Origin: Craspedostauros australis | Lineage: Eukaryota | DNA length: 40,177 bases | Assembly (NCBI GenBank): GCA_030167865.1 | Contig: JALAGF010001133.1 | Span: 62,001-102,177 of the forward strand | Direction of reading: 5' to 3' | Shown here: piece by piece, positions 20,527-33,400 of the stretch | Position numbering within the stretch: position 1 is the first letter of the stretch | Layout: the number at the start of each line of letters is the position of its first letter | Translations under genes and position numbers: made by a program | The notes under the pieces: generated by a model | Databases searched by the model: none | The model's input: only the letters and a program-made list of their open reading frames with translations | Told to the model about the DNA's origin: nothing

Positions 20527-23500
20527 TTACGTTGCTCCGAAGAACATGCGTGGCGATCCAGTCTCAGCACGTCGATGTCGGTCGAATCCAGTGCCCACGG
20601 TTGCATTCGATGGACTCAATGCTCCATACACACCGACGTTGTCCGTGCCAAACGATGGGGCGCCTCCGTAGCGAAAGTCCACGCCTGGGACGCTGAGTGT
20701 GCGGTGCCTTCGTTTCGGCGGGTTCCTGCCAACCCACTCCAGCAACACGTCTCGCTCCTCCTGCATCTCGCTCCAGCCCATCGTGGGCTCGAAACCGAGA
20801 GCCAGCAACCGTCGCGTTCGGACGTACCTCTGACGACCATCCTGTCGACTTCGCGTCAGAACGAGCGCACCCGTCTCGTTGGCTTGCAACACTGCAGGGC
20901 TCACAAACGGTTGCTTCATTGTCTCGCCGGCCGTCACCACATCTCGGAGGGACATGATGGTTTCATACGGCGCCGGTGGCTCCTCTTCATCGTCAAGATC
21001 AAGATTCGTCCACTCGGGTAAGCGGTACAAGAACTTTGAGGTGATCCAGATGGTGGCGATTGTGCCACCCGCCAAAATGGTGCACCAGTAGTAGTACAGC
21101 AAGGACATGCGCCAGCTGCCTGGCGTGATGCCAGCGAAGCTGTTAACAGCTCCTCTGTAGGCCTGGATGGCGTTGGCGTGGGACAGCACAGGGAAGCAAA
21201 ACGCCGCGTGCGCAGGAGAGAAAGGCTTGGTCTTGAAATCATGCCATCGCATCCACAGGCTGCTCACGCTGGCTAAAAATCCAAGGATTGAGAATCCGGA
21301 CATTACGTGCATGCAAGGCAGGTACACCATGCGGTGCACGCGCTGGAAATCCGTCACGTCCGGATGCTCCTCTTCGAACGATGGCTGTGCCATAATCGTC
21401 AGCGAGTACAACGCGATCGCAGGTGCGCTCATTTGCATCCATCCAACTGTTGCCGATATCTTCTGATTCAGGGCCACGCGAATCAGACTGATAGGGAAGA
21501 AGAATAGGTTCAGCGATAAGGATATCTGCGAGAAGAGTTTGTGACGCGCGATCACCCGATGTTTGAAAGCAGGGAGAATGAAGCCACGAGTGTGAGGAGA
21601 AGGAGGATCAACGAAAAATCTGGTGAGCTTGGGTGTGGGTGTGGACGTGAGCAAGAGTAAGACCACGTGCACAACCTCAATATCCATGTGCGGTTGATTT
21701 TTAAACGTCGGTCAGCGTATGGTACGTCCGTTGTCGACGATCTGTTCCGCAACGATATCTTCGATATGATTTCGTTTTGAACGTCATCGATTGGCACTTA
21801 CCGCCATCAGCAAATGACCTTGCATGGGATAGTAGAGCCAAGTCTTCACGGCGCTCAACCCCACCCCGATCGTGTTGGGGAACCAGCTTGGTTCCGGCAT
21901 GATGTGGTACGCCAAACACATGTACATGAACCATATCACCAGACCCAGGTGGACACACGCGGCTATGGAGACCATGATCTGACCGATCAAACCTCGACCG
22001 GCAAAGACGCAGACCAATGTCATGCAGAGTAGCCCCGCTGGGCTGGCTGTGGTTGGCGAGCTCATTTCGTCCAGGACCACCCTGGTCGCCAGCAGCACCT
22101 TCAGTATGAACAGCATCGAGAGGAATCCAGCAAAGAATTTGCAGGAAAAGTGGAAGTACAGTGCAACTCTGTACATGTGCGCAGATGTGTCGCAGTAGAA
22201 GCATCCAGGGAACTCCGGGAACGAGCACTGCGCCGAATGGAAATGCACAGGTTCGCATGAATTCAAGTTCTCCTCGGCAAACTTAAACCACACCACGCCC
22301 AGCGTCACGATGGCCATGGCAATAGCCCCGATCGTCAGCGGCAAGTTGGCGATGAACGCCTCTGCAGCAGCGAAGGATGTGAATGTGCAAGATAGCACGG
22401 TGCCAAAGGTCACGTTAAGTTTCCTCGCGACCCTTCTGTGCCACCGATTGGCCTCCTTAGCTTCTCGCGCAGCCTCCGCTTCTGCCAACGCTTCCTCCCT
22501 CCATTGCACGATGAGCCGAGCACGTTCCTTTTCAAGCATCTTTGCTCTCTTCCGCGTCCATTCTCTGTAATCGTCACTCGATAGTCCCGCGGAGCTCTCT
22601 GAATCTGACGGCACATCCCGGCTGATGCGACGCTGTGCTTTGTTCCTCTTCTTGCGTGACTTGCGACTCTTCTGCAGTGCGACGGTGTCACGAGTGACGG
22701 CCGTATTGAAACGTGCATATAATAGTTAGAACGATTGGGCGATGGAAAGATGTTGAAGAAGCGACAGCGTGTTGAACGGATGGAGTCGCAAACGGCAAGA
22801 CAAGCTTAAGTCAAGGATGTGGTGTGATATGCAAGCGGGCGAAGGTGCAGGCAAGCACAAGGTGGTACTACGCTCGAGGCCGCTGTCCGGAAGCATCGAT
22901 CCGAAATCCGTCCGCAGAAGAGTTCAACAGCGAATCGCGCCATGGGCATCGCATGCTCGACCCTGCAGTACTATTTCATTGTGTGCGCCAATAGCACTTC
23001 AAGCATGCACGTGTGTATGCACGTGTGTATGCACGTGTGTATGCACGTGTGTATGCACTCACCTTTCCTCTACTGCCAAGCAAAAGAGGATCTCCATCCC
23101 ATCCCTTGTTTCCCGAGTTTGGATTCGAGTCCGGTGCGTTGGACCTTCGAGTCCGTTGAGAGCCGGATCGATTGTTGCGTCGACTTTTTGATGTCGAGCT
23201 TCTGATGCGCTCCTTGCCATCACGTTCATTCGTGCTAATGCCAGATGGTGGGAGGAGGGGTGTCTCCTCCCTGGCTTCGATGTCACCTTCGTGAGAATCA
23301 TTGTCGTTGAGACTATGGTCGTGAAATGGATCGAGATAGAATTGCAGTGACGTCGTGAATGAGAAAGCAGCTCAATGAAAGAGCGACGCGAAAAGAGCAA
23401 GCCAGCACATTCATGTATGTGAGATACAAATCAAGCTGTTTCCTGCCGTGTTGCGGGGTCATGGTGTATCAGAGCATACGGCAGTGTATTTCTTCGTCAA

Positions 23501-26500
23501 TAACAGCCTCTTTCCGATCCAAAAGCGTGATAAAATTGCATATGTGTCTCATGATCCCATCGTCGTTGGCAGTACTCACCTACGATCATCCAAGTCTTCT
23601 GAGCTATGTTCATCATCCCCATCCTCCCGCGATGCTGACTTTCGCTCATTTTGATGCAGTGCATTCGTGCCCTCTCGACTGTCCCAGTCGTCATTGCTGA
23701 TGGAGTTCAACCGTTTGTGAGTGCCCCGACTTGCTGGGGGGCGGTCTTGAGAGTTGGCGCTGAGAATGCAGAGTAGAATGTAGAGTAGAGCAGAATAGAA
23801 TAGAGCAGTATGAGAGGAGGAGAAAGGAACGGTGAGCAAAACGGAGATGAAGAGAATGCTGGGCCTCGCACAAACACAAATACTCCAGGGCATTCTGCCC
23901 GACTCGATGTATGTGAATATCCCCCGTCGTGCGCGAGTACTCCATGTGGGTTTGCCGCGTGCTTCGCACAAGGTGCCAAGCACGGATCCCATTCGAATAA
24001 CTTGACAACATCCATGACGCTCCTCCTTGGTGTGGCTCTGTGAACATGTTCTTACCGGTTGTGATAGCTCGACAATGGACTTGACCTGGGCGTGATGTTG
24101 GGACTCCGTTGGCGGTATTGTTGCTGGGCCTGCGTCTGCTGCAAGAATGCTTGGTTCTTGCGGTGAAAGTCTGACAGCGATGGCTGGCGCTGTTCCTGCG
24201 GTTTCTTCTTTTGTCTCATTGGCGAGATGGTGTTTCGTAACATCTGAATGAATCCGCCGGTGCTGTCAGACTTCGCTGCGGCGGCTTGCTTGCTCTCTGT
24301 TCTCGGCGATGGCATTGCCGTCCGTGGCCTGTTCGTGCCTGAGTTGCCCCTGTTTCGATCGGTCCCGAAATCACCAGGCTTGTTGATAAAACCATCATCA
24401 ACTTCATCGCCGCGCATGCTCCCCATGGCGTAGCTACCCAAGGATGAAACGCTCCCGGAGCTCTCGGCGCGAATATGATACTGTGACTTCATGTTCGGAT
24501 CAAAGGGGACGCGCGAAGAAGACGACAATTGGCGCTGCAGCGGAGGTGGTGGTGGCGGCGGTGGGTACATCAGGCCAGGGTGAGGAGGGATTTGTCCCTG
24601 CATCATTCGAGACTGTTGCTGTTGATGCAAGCGATGATAATTTTGGTATTGCTGCTGCTGCTGCTGTTGTTGTTGTTGATGTTGTTGTTGTTGTGACTGA
24701 GGTTGTCCATTTTGATTTCTAGGAACTTGAGTGGCCTGTGTGGAATCAGAGGGGAATTGGTTCGATGGCATGTTGCCTGTTGCCGGAAATGGTGCTTGGC
24801 CTGACGACTGCTGTCGTTTGTGTGACATTGACGTTGTTGCTGCCGCTTCGTGCGGTACTGGGTTTCGTTGGCCAACCATGGCGTTTCCATAATTCCCCTG
24901 CAATCCCGTGGCGTCATAATCCATCGGCGGTCGCATCATGGGTGAATGTGCCGTTGAACCAAACATGTGCGGGGGTGGTGCGGGGATCATCCCGTGCGGA
25001 GGAGGAGGCGGTGAGTAGAATTGCATGGGCGGTGCCATGTACGGCTGATGTGAGAATCCTGCACCATGTTGCTGAAAGTGCGGAGGCACACCGTAGGGTT
25101 GTGGTGGTGGCATTGACTGTGGTGGCATTGACTGTGGAGGCATTGGCATCCCGTAAGGTGGAAATCCGGGATGGAACATCGGAGCTTGTCCAAGATTCTT
25201 CATGTGCTGACCATCTGGTCTTTCTCCATACTGCAAGTGTGGCGGAGGAACGGGCATCAGAGCCTTAGATCCTGGCGCCATGGGAGCACCGTAATGGTAG
25301 TAGTGTTGATGAATCTGCTGCTGCTGCTGTGGCTGTTGTTGCTGTGGCTGTTGTTGCTGTGGCTGTTGTTGCTGTGGCTGTTGTTGCTGTGGCTGTTGTT
25401 GCTGTGGCTGTTGTTGCTGGAGATGTTGATATTGTGGTGATTGTGGTCGATGGTGATGGCTCGCGTCTTGTGGTTGTTGCGGTTGTGATTGATTTTGTTG
25501 TTGCTGGTGTTGCGGTTGCGCATGGACCGCGTCACGATTACTTGGGATGTTCTGCGCTTTCTGTTGTGGCTGCGGCTCTGGCTGTTGCTGTTGTCGGGTC
25601 TGCTGCGATTGCTCCGATGGTTGCGCCTCTTTCTTCTGCTGCTTCTGCTTCTCACTTTGTCGCTGCCGCAGGAGCTTTCGTCTCTGATCGTATGGAAGCA
25701 TCTGAGGGTTGATGCTTGCAGCGTTCTGCGCTGTGGGGGAAACGGGCGGGATGCTTGGTGACGAGTTGGTGGGAACGTATCGCAGTGAACCTTGGCTATC
25801 AAAGCTCGGGAAGCGGTCCCTGACCATTTTGGGACCTTTCTTTGGGGTTGGATTGGAGGAGTATGCGATGCTGTTATTGCTATCGTCGACAAAAGAATTT
25901 AATGATATCACAAGGCGTTGTTCAGAGTAAATTTGGGTGTCAGCAAGGAGTATGGTGTGCCGTGTGACAGGGCAGTACCGTTGGTGTTGTTGCGCAAGTC
26001 ATGTTATCCATTTCCCATGGAAGCGATGGAGGAGAAAAGAGCGAAAGAAATGACATGTCAGTTGGCGCCAAAAAGATACAGTCTCAATGTTGATACGAAG
26101 TACCCAAAGAAATACTCCGAGCAATGACAGCATGTCACGCGCGAGATGGTCAAGTGATGTGATAAATTGGCATGAAACTGTTCTCTTCTGGTCTGCCCGC
26201 CGAATGACGGAAGACACATCAGCAAGTGTCGCGAGGCGCAAACGAAACCGGCTTGAGACGCACCTTCCATCGCTGGCATCTGAATCGTAGAAGGGCTGGT
26301 TGAAGAAGGGATGAACCGGCGGTATGTTCATGAGGTCGCTGCTGCTGTAGCCATCGTTGCTGTTCATGCGTTCGCGATTGGGAGGCAGGCTGCCGATGCT
26401 GCCAATACTGTCGATGGTGCTCATGGGCCCTGACACCGATGGAGATTGTGCGAGCGAGGCTACGCTCCCCTGCGAATATCCCCTCTCTTTGACCTGCACT

Positions 26501-27069
26501 GACGGTTGTTGCGCCATCGCGCCGGATGGCGGCAGGAAGGACTCCTTGGCATCCCGCACATTCGAGTTTGCATTTGGAGGCTTCGTCGGAAGTGACTGTG
26601 TGGGCGTCTGCGGTGTTACCGACGGAGATCTCCCGTCGTGCGATGATGATGTGGAAGAAACGTAGGATGCTGCCGATGACAAGGCCTCGTCGGCGTACCA
26701 CAGATTCTCCGCGTGCAGAGTCGCGACAGGGGGCCTCTCGACGGGAACCAAAATAGGGTTGCTGCGGTCTTTGGATTCTCCCCTTGCCATGCTTTTGAAA
26801 TCATTGTTGTCGGATGTTGTGTCCATGGATGTGGACTTGAGGTCTGTGGTGTCAATATGTACATCCGTTCGAACATTTGCATGTCTTCCGCTGTCGCTGC
26901 TAGTGCTTCGCGATATCCGTAGCGTTGGCATCGTCGGCATCGTCGGCATTGCTTGAATCGCCGGTGCTGGTGGGAGGTCCTCCTGTTGGTCGGAGGCTTG
27001 CTGCTGGACATCCATCGCTGGTGCCTGTGGACGCGGCTGAGAGTCCTCGTCATCACGCGGATCCATCAT
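20527..27069 (-). CDS. SLAC1/TDT (TehA-like) family anion channel with a very long Q/P-rich disordered N-terminus, ~1640 aa; exons 27069-26264, ~25879-24056, 23759-23580, 23312-23063, 22671-21802, 21525-20527
   Basis: Five GT-AG introns, all phase-compatible (2,2,2,0,0), link four separate ORF-track entries plus two small exons. Membrane domain has PEPSWFPNTIGVG, WMQMSAPAIALY and FSPAHAAFCFP. The exon-2 acceptor could alternatively start at 25870. The channel domain is secure; the join to the N-terminal exons is inferred. Confidence 0.8.
23005..23058 (+). repeat. 12-bp minisatellite (atgcacgtgtgt) x4.5 inside intron 4 of the channel gene, abutting the splice donor
   Basis: Four perfect copies plus atgcac; each full unit contains CACGTG. 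Confidence 0.95.
25326..25415 (-). repeat. Coding 15-bp minisatellite x6 encoding (QQQQP)6
   Basis: Six perfect copies of gctgtggctgttgtt on the + strand. Confidence 0.95.
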
Positions 27070-30000
27070 TCAGCAGTTGCAGATACCCGGAAATGCGCAG
27101 CTCGTCGTTCGTTGCGTAGTTCACCGTGGCGATTCGTTGATGGGAAGAGAGGAGGTGCGGGCTGCTATTCGTCGTCGGTGCCTTTCGTGTTCTCTCTCCC
27201 TCTTTATCCCTGCGCTCTGCAAGTGTCGACGCACAGAGTGTTGCGTTGGCATGCAGCACTGTTGCGGACTCTGGGAAAGGTCTGGCAAATGGGCATGCAC
27301 ATGCAGATCCACATGCATCCGCAACTGCTCATGTACGAGAGTGACACGATTGGGGTGCCTGAGCAGAGCAGATGCACGGAGGGATCAAAGCGAACCAGCT
27401 CCGCCTGCCTCTGTGAAGAGCAGCTCGGCGCTGGTCAAGAGGCGGCAGCACCTCGGTTTGTTGAATCTGTCCCTGTGACGGCCTGGATGGGTGGCTGCGC
27501 GCCTTGGCTGGTTGACCGTTCGGTTGATTCGTGAGTCGCGACGTTGACGAAGTCCCAGGGAAGTCCTCCGATGTTTGAATCTGACAGAGGTTGCCACGAT
27601 ACGAATATCTCACGAGTAGAGAGGTGAGCCGAGCGAAGGCCCACGATCGTGGTGTAGTCTTGCTCGCACGAGCGTGGGTACTGTGGCCGAAAGTGTACGG
27701 GCCGCGCCACACACGGAAGCAATTGCCACCACTCTCTCTTGCGAGTTCGATGCGCGCCCGAGTGGAGACTTTGGACTCCTCTTTGCAAGTGTTGAGGTTT
27801 GTGTACGAATACGGTATTGCCACGTGCATCAATACGAACAGAGGCAGACGTGACACGAACGTAGAATAGTCTCTGTGTTGTTGGAGGATGTCACCTGGAA
27901 GTTTCTGTGCGAGCGCTCTTTTCGTGTTGTGCCCTATCCTTTTGTTTCGTGTTGTTTCGTTTTGCCCTTCTCTGTCCCTTGTTTTTGGTTGCAGTGCACA
28001 ACAGAGAGGATCTGGCGAAAGAAACGGCTCTGTGCGACAACAAAGACCGCGCCAAAACTTGCCTCGGAAGACCGCTGTCGTGTGTGCAGACCTTAAGTAC
28101 GACGCGCGTGCGCTGTCGCCGGCAGGTGTTCAAAATTGCACCTGAGAACCACAATGAGAAAGATGCACTCTTTCACGAAACAACACGGAATTCGAGTGGA
28201 GGCAAACGAATGAAAGTGGAGATTTGATGATCGGGAGCTGACGAAAGAGATGGCGATCCGCCATGGCGAGACGATGGCATGATCATTCGTACCAGCACGA
28301 GCACAGCTGAGAAGGGATGTGTGCGTGTGTGTGGTGGAATGTATACTCATACCACGAGCATGGAGGCCAACAGCTGCCTAACAATACGATAGAGATAGAG
28401 TGTGTGTGCGTGCGTGTGTGTGCGATTGGAATATAGTAAAATTTACGAGTGTGGAACAATGATGATCAACTTGCGGCGGGCATTGCTGTTGATAGACAAG
28501 GCAACATGAACGCATCTTCGAAGAGCATGACACGATCATCAAGCACGATTTGCACCCACACCCCCACAACCTCAACCTCCGAAAGGCAGTGTCGTTCGAT
28601 AGCGTGGAGTGCGCAGAGTCAATGATCTTCATGTGTTTGTTACAGCCATGGCGTCTTCGTTAGATTCTCCCGCCATGGCAGATCACGCACAACTGCCATT
28701 CGAATAACATAATACAAATAATCATGTGACACTCGGCAAGCAGTGAGAAACACAAGAGCCAACTGTTCTCGTTTGCTATCGTGTTACTATCCCACTCATT
28801 CAATGTCGATGTTGGCCGCAACCAGCCGTGATACCAGAGCATGCGCAACTGCAAGTACAGCTACGACTGCTTCAAACGTCGCGACGACTGCAACCGCCCA
28901 CGATCGCATCTCCCTCCAGAAAGAGCACAGTGGAGATGATACTCACGGCAATAGCAACATCAAAAGCAGCAATGACATGAGTGCAGCAACAACATACTAA
29001 TACTATTACGCTCGAAGGGAAGCAATCGTATTTTGACTTCGACTTTACTCTTGCGCTCTAATTCACATGGATCGTGGTCGTGTCCATCGTCATGTGTTCC
29101 TGTTCGTGGTTGAGCCACTCCAGAACGGAGCCCTTCGGGCCAATCCCATTGTTGTTCCTCATTTATCAATGTATCCGTTGGTTTCCCTGTCTTGAATTAC
29201 CATACGACTCTCTTCAGCGGGCGTGCCCAACGAACCTTCCCTTCCGTTCGTCATCGCCATCTCTCCTCCTGGCTTCCCACTTCCGATCTCACTTCAGTGC
29301 TCAGCCAACACAACGAAACACGCCGACAAAAACTGGCCGCGAGGGTGGCGGTGCTGGCGAAAGAACAAGATCCATCTCGGCTGCCCGCAACACCCACCCA
29401 AAAAGGATCCCCAGGTACTACCACCAACACCAGCACGAGCACGCTGTGGCATGCTTGTGGAGTCGCTTTGTGGTGTCACTGCGCGGGACTTCCCGGACGA
29501 AATTTGCAGTTTTCTCGTGTTGTGGGTGCAGCCTTGTGTGTGCCTTTCTGTATCTCTTCGCGCGGTTTCGGTTGGGCCGTGGTGGTGGGAGCCTGGTCGG
29601 CTTCTCATTTGTTTAGGGGACTGATCATTTCCGTTAAATCAATGCGAGTCGTCCGAACAGCGCCTGTGTCTTGTAGCGCCAGGCAGCGCGTACGTCGTGG
29701 ATCAACGCATGCGGGATTGTCCGGATGTAATATTCGTGTCCGAATGTTGCAAATCACGATGTGACACAATCAGCTCTTGTTGCTGTGGCCAATTGACGAC
29801 GAGAAAAAAGGCCGGCATCCGTTGCGTGCTCCTTCGAAAAAATTGATGTCAAAATTTGGTCGAAGCGTCTTGTCGGACGAGTCGAATTCAGTCAAAATGT
29901 CCATCCAAGTGACTCACTTTTGGTCCGTTTCGTGGGGCGGCCTCCATCCGTGTGAGTAGCGCGCACTGTCTCGTGAACTGATGTGGGATGCCCTTTTTGG

Positions 30001-30350
30001 CCTTGGCTGTAGTTTTTTCGCCGCAATTCCGGACGCAACGCCAAAGCAAGGAGGATAACGGAAGGGCGACAACAAGACCAGAAACAAAGGCACAGGCGAC
30101 ATGGCGGACGCGAAAATGGGAACAAAAACCGAGGAGAGGCAGAGCACGGGCTGATCGTGCAGAGCAACAGTGAGACCGGAGCCCGTGCTTGATGGGGAGA
30201 TAGCCACCAAAGCCAGACAAGGACGGCACAAAACGGAGGCAGCAACACACAGGCGAACACAACATCACCCACCCCACTCATACTATTCGTCCTGCGCTGC
30301 ACTTCATTGCACTGCACTCACAACCACGATACCACACGTACCACACTGCG

Positions 30351-30387
30351 CATTACACATTACACATTACACACTACACATTACACG
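30351..30387 (+). repeat. 7-bp repeat (cattaca) x~5 just upstream of the ARM-gene start
   Basis: cattacacattacacattacacactacacattacacg. Confidence 0.8.
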
Positions 30388-30415
30388 CTACGCACGGTAG
30401 AATACGGAAGGCATC

Positions 30416-33400
30416 ATGGCACCAAGGGAAGCGACGGGGAACTTTCCGGATCAGCTCCTGACGTTCGAGTATGAAGCGGCAATGCCCATGGGACTGCCAC
30501 CAGTGCATGACCCCCTGCCTCCGATCCAGGCCATGCCAGGGCAGAACAACAACGCGGCGGACAACACGGCCACGGACACGGAGGACGGCAACGCGGCGGA
30601 CGCACTGAACCTTGTGGCGGCAGGCCCCAGCGGCGGCTCGGAGGCACTCCAGAACGTCCTTGGGAATGTGTCGGAGGTCGACCCGCTTTCCATCGATCCG
30701 ACGGAGGGACACGCGGCCATCTGGGGGGCGGACGGAGCTCAGCCATCAGCGACGGGTCCAACGCTTCCGCAGCTGTCGGTTGAGCGTCTTGGGGGGCTGC
30801 GTCCACCGTCGCTCCAGCCACCGCAGTCGCAGCCCCGGAGCATCTCGACTCCTGCATCTGCCATGGCAACCAGCAGAGCTGTCAGCAGGGCAGTGTCCGT
30901 TGGGCTGTCATCTAGCAACAGTAACAGCAACAGCATCAGCAACAGCATCAACAACAGCCATAACAGCACCATTACGAGCATCAACAACAGCCATATCAGC
31001 AGCAACAACAACATGCACCTTGCACCCAACGCTGCGCCGATGGACCAGGACGCCCTGCCTGCTAGCTCTCCGCTCAGCACCGGATCGTCCCTCCTCAGCG
31101 CCAGCATCGGCCACAGCTCCCCCACCAACCCATCCTTCCTGCCATCTGCCTCCAACAGCATCCAGGATGGCATGACCTTCTCGGACGGGGGCTCCCAGAG
31201 GTTTCGCGGTCGCCCTTTCCAGGTCAACTCGGTGCTCGACAACACCACCTCCCTGGACAGCGACGACGAGGACGCCCCACCGGGGCTTGACATCACCTAC
31301 GACAGCACCGGATCCGGATCAACCATGTCGCAGGGAGCCGATGAATGGGACAACGGCCAGTCTCACGTCGTGGAGGATGACAACGACAACGACACGAACA
31401 TCTCGCCATCATCGCCCGTGACTCCGTCCAGCAGCGTCGGTTCCGAGTCCGCCCATTCGGCCGGAAGCTTCCAGCTCATCCACCAGAACGTGGCCTTCGA
31501 CCTGTCGACCGAGAACGACCCCGCCACACCGCAGGCCGTGTCTCCCGTCAACGGCATGTCCCCAACATCTCCAAACTCCATCCTGCTGTCCTTCGGACCC
31601 AGCACCGCCGTTTCAGACCTCAAGTACTTTGCGGAGAGGGGTTGCATCGTGGCCCTGCTGCAGGCGCTCACCACGCCCCGGTTGGTGACGTTGGGAACGC
31701 GCATGCTGGCGGACTACGCAAAGATGGCCCACCGCCGAGTGGCAGTCGCAAGCAACAAGCGCATCCTAGAGTTCGTCCAGCGCACCATGCTGCAGGCGAC
31801 CGAGCATGCCGATTGGTTGGGCCGCGAGTACGCCGTCGAGACCGTCCGCAGCCTCACAGCGACGGAGGAGAGCGACCAGTACCTCATGGGAACATCGGGA
31901 CTGCTCAACACGCTTGCGTTGGTCGCCAGAGGCGGTCCGTTCGTCACGCAGTTCGAGGGGAACGGTGCGACGCGCTCGATCCCGCTGGCATCCGAAAAGG
32001 CCCGTCTCCATGCCTGCATCGCCATCATGAACCTCAGCTGCGGCAAGGCCAACAAGATTGAGATCGCTCGCGTCGCGGACGTCCTCGGCGCCATGAGGGA
32101 CGTCATGCTCAACGGCAACGACGAGGCAAGGCTCAAGGCCACCACCTGCATCAAGAACCTCAGCAATGCGGACGCCAACGACGCTGCCCTTCTGGGAACG
32201 CCCGGCCTCGTCGAAGCCTTGGGCCATGTGGCAGCAACAACCTGCTCTCCCAAGCACGGCGCAACGCCATGCACCACCAACGCATGCCTGGCCCTCATGA
32301 ACCTGTCCATCTCAAAAGCCAACAAGCACAGAGTCTTCCGGACTGCCGGCGTCATGGACTCCCTCATGTGCGTCCTGGAGCGCACCACAGCGCAAGGCTC
32401 CTCGACGGAGGCCAGGATCAAGGCATGCTCCGCCTTGTCCAACCTCGCCATCGGCTACGACAACAAGATCCCGATGTTCAACTACCCCGGCTTCGTCGAC
32501 TCCATCCTCAACGTCATCCAGACGGACACAGGCGAGGCACGAACCAAGGCATGCTCGATACTCTGGAGCTTTGCCGCCGAGATGAAGAACCAGGTCCCTG
32601 TCGTCGCTCGTGGAGACATCCTCCCTGTCCTCGTGCGCGTTGCACAGGAGGATGGCACGACGGAGGCCCGCTTCAAGTGCGTCGCGGCCCTTACTCTTCT
32701 CGCGGAGTCCTTGGACAATGCCATCCCGCTCCTGGAATCCGGCGCGCTCGCGCCTCTCATGGACATCCTCCACGAGGCAGGCGCCGACCCAACGCAGTGG
32801 AAGGGACAGACAGCATCGTGGTGCGTCGGTTTCCTCATGAACATCGCCCAGAGCGACGAGGCCGTTCCGGCCCTCCGCGAGGCTGGCGTTGTTGAACTGC
32901 TGGCACCGCTGCTGACTTTGGATCACTACCAATCGTTGAAGGCAGCCATGGCAGTCACATTTGTGTGCCGGTTCGATGAGGGAGATGAATGCTACGACCT
33001 TCTGCGCAAGACCGAGAACGTGATTCCAAAGATCATCAGCCTGCTTCACAACACATTGTCGGGACGTGGCGGCAACGGCTACAAATACGGCGTCTTCACT
33101 CTCCGATCCTCTGTAGGGTGCATCGCGGCACTGGCGTCTGGCCCAGAATTCATGAAGGAAAGGATAGCGACGAACCCTGTCTTTGAGAGTCTCCTGCAGG
33201 TCATTTCCGACTACTGCGTTGACGGCGGCACTCCTGGCGCCATCGTGGGAGGTGGGAGAGACGACACGCTCAGCGCGACTCTCGCTATGCGGGCAATGCA
33301 CTCTCTCACGTGCCATCTCATCCCAGTGACGGGCAGCAGCGCTCTTCCCTTCGGCGATTCGATGGAATCCAGATTACTGACCGCGCTCATTTCATTCGAG

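Noticed and set aside
23005..23058. Tandem repeats here and at 5255, 6561 and 25326 as CRISPR-like arrays
   Set aside because: Head-to-tail repeats without unique spacers, no cas genes, and a eukaryotic context.
27070..30415. Many overlapping 60-190-aa ORFs in the 3.3-kb divergent intergenic region
   Set aside because: Cys/Arg-rich random-like translations with no codon bias or domains; no tRNA or snoRNA structure that I could support.
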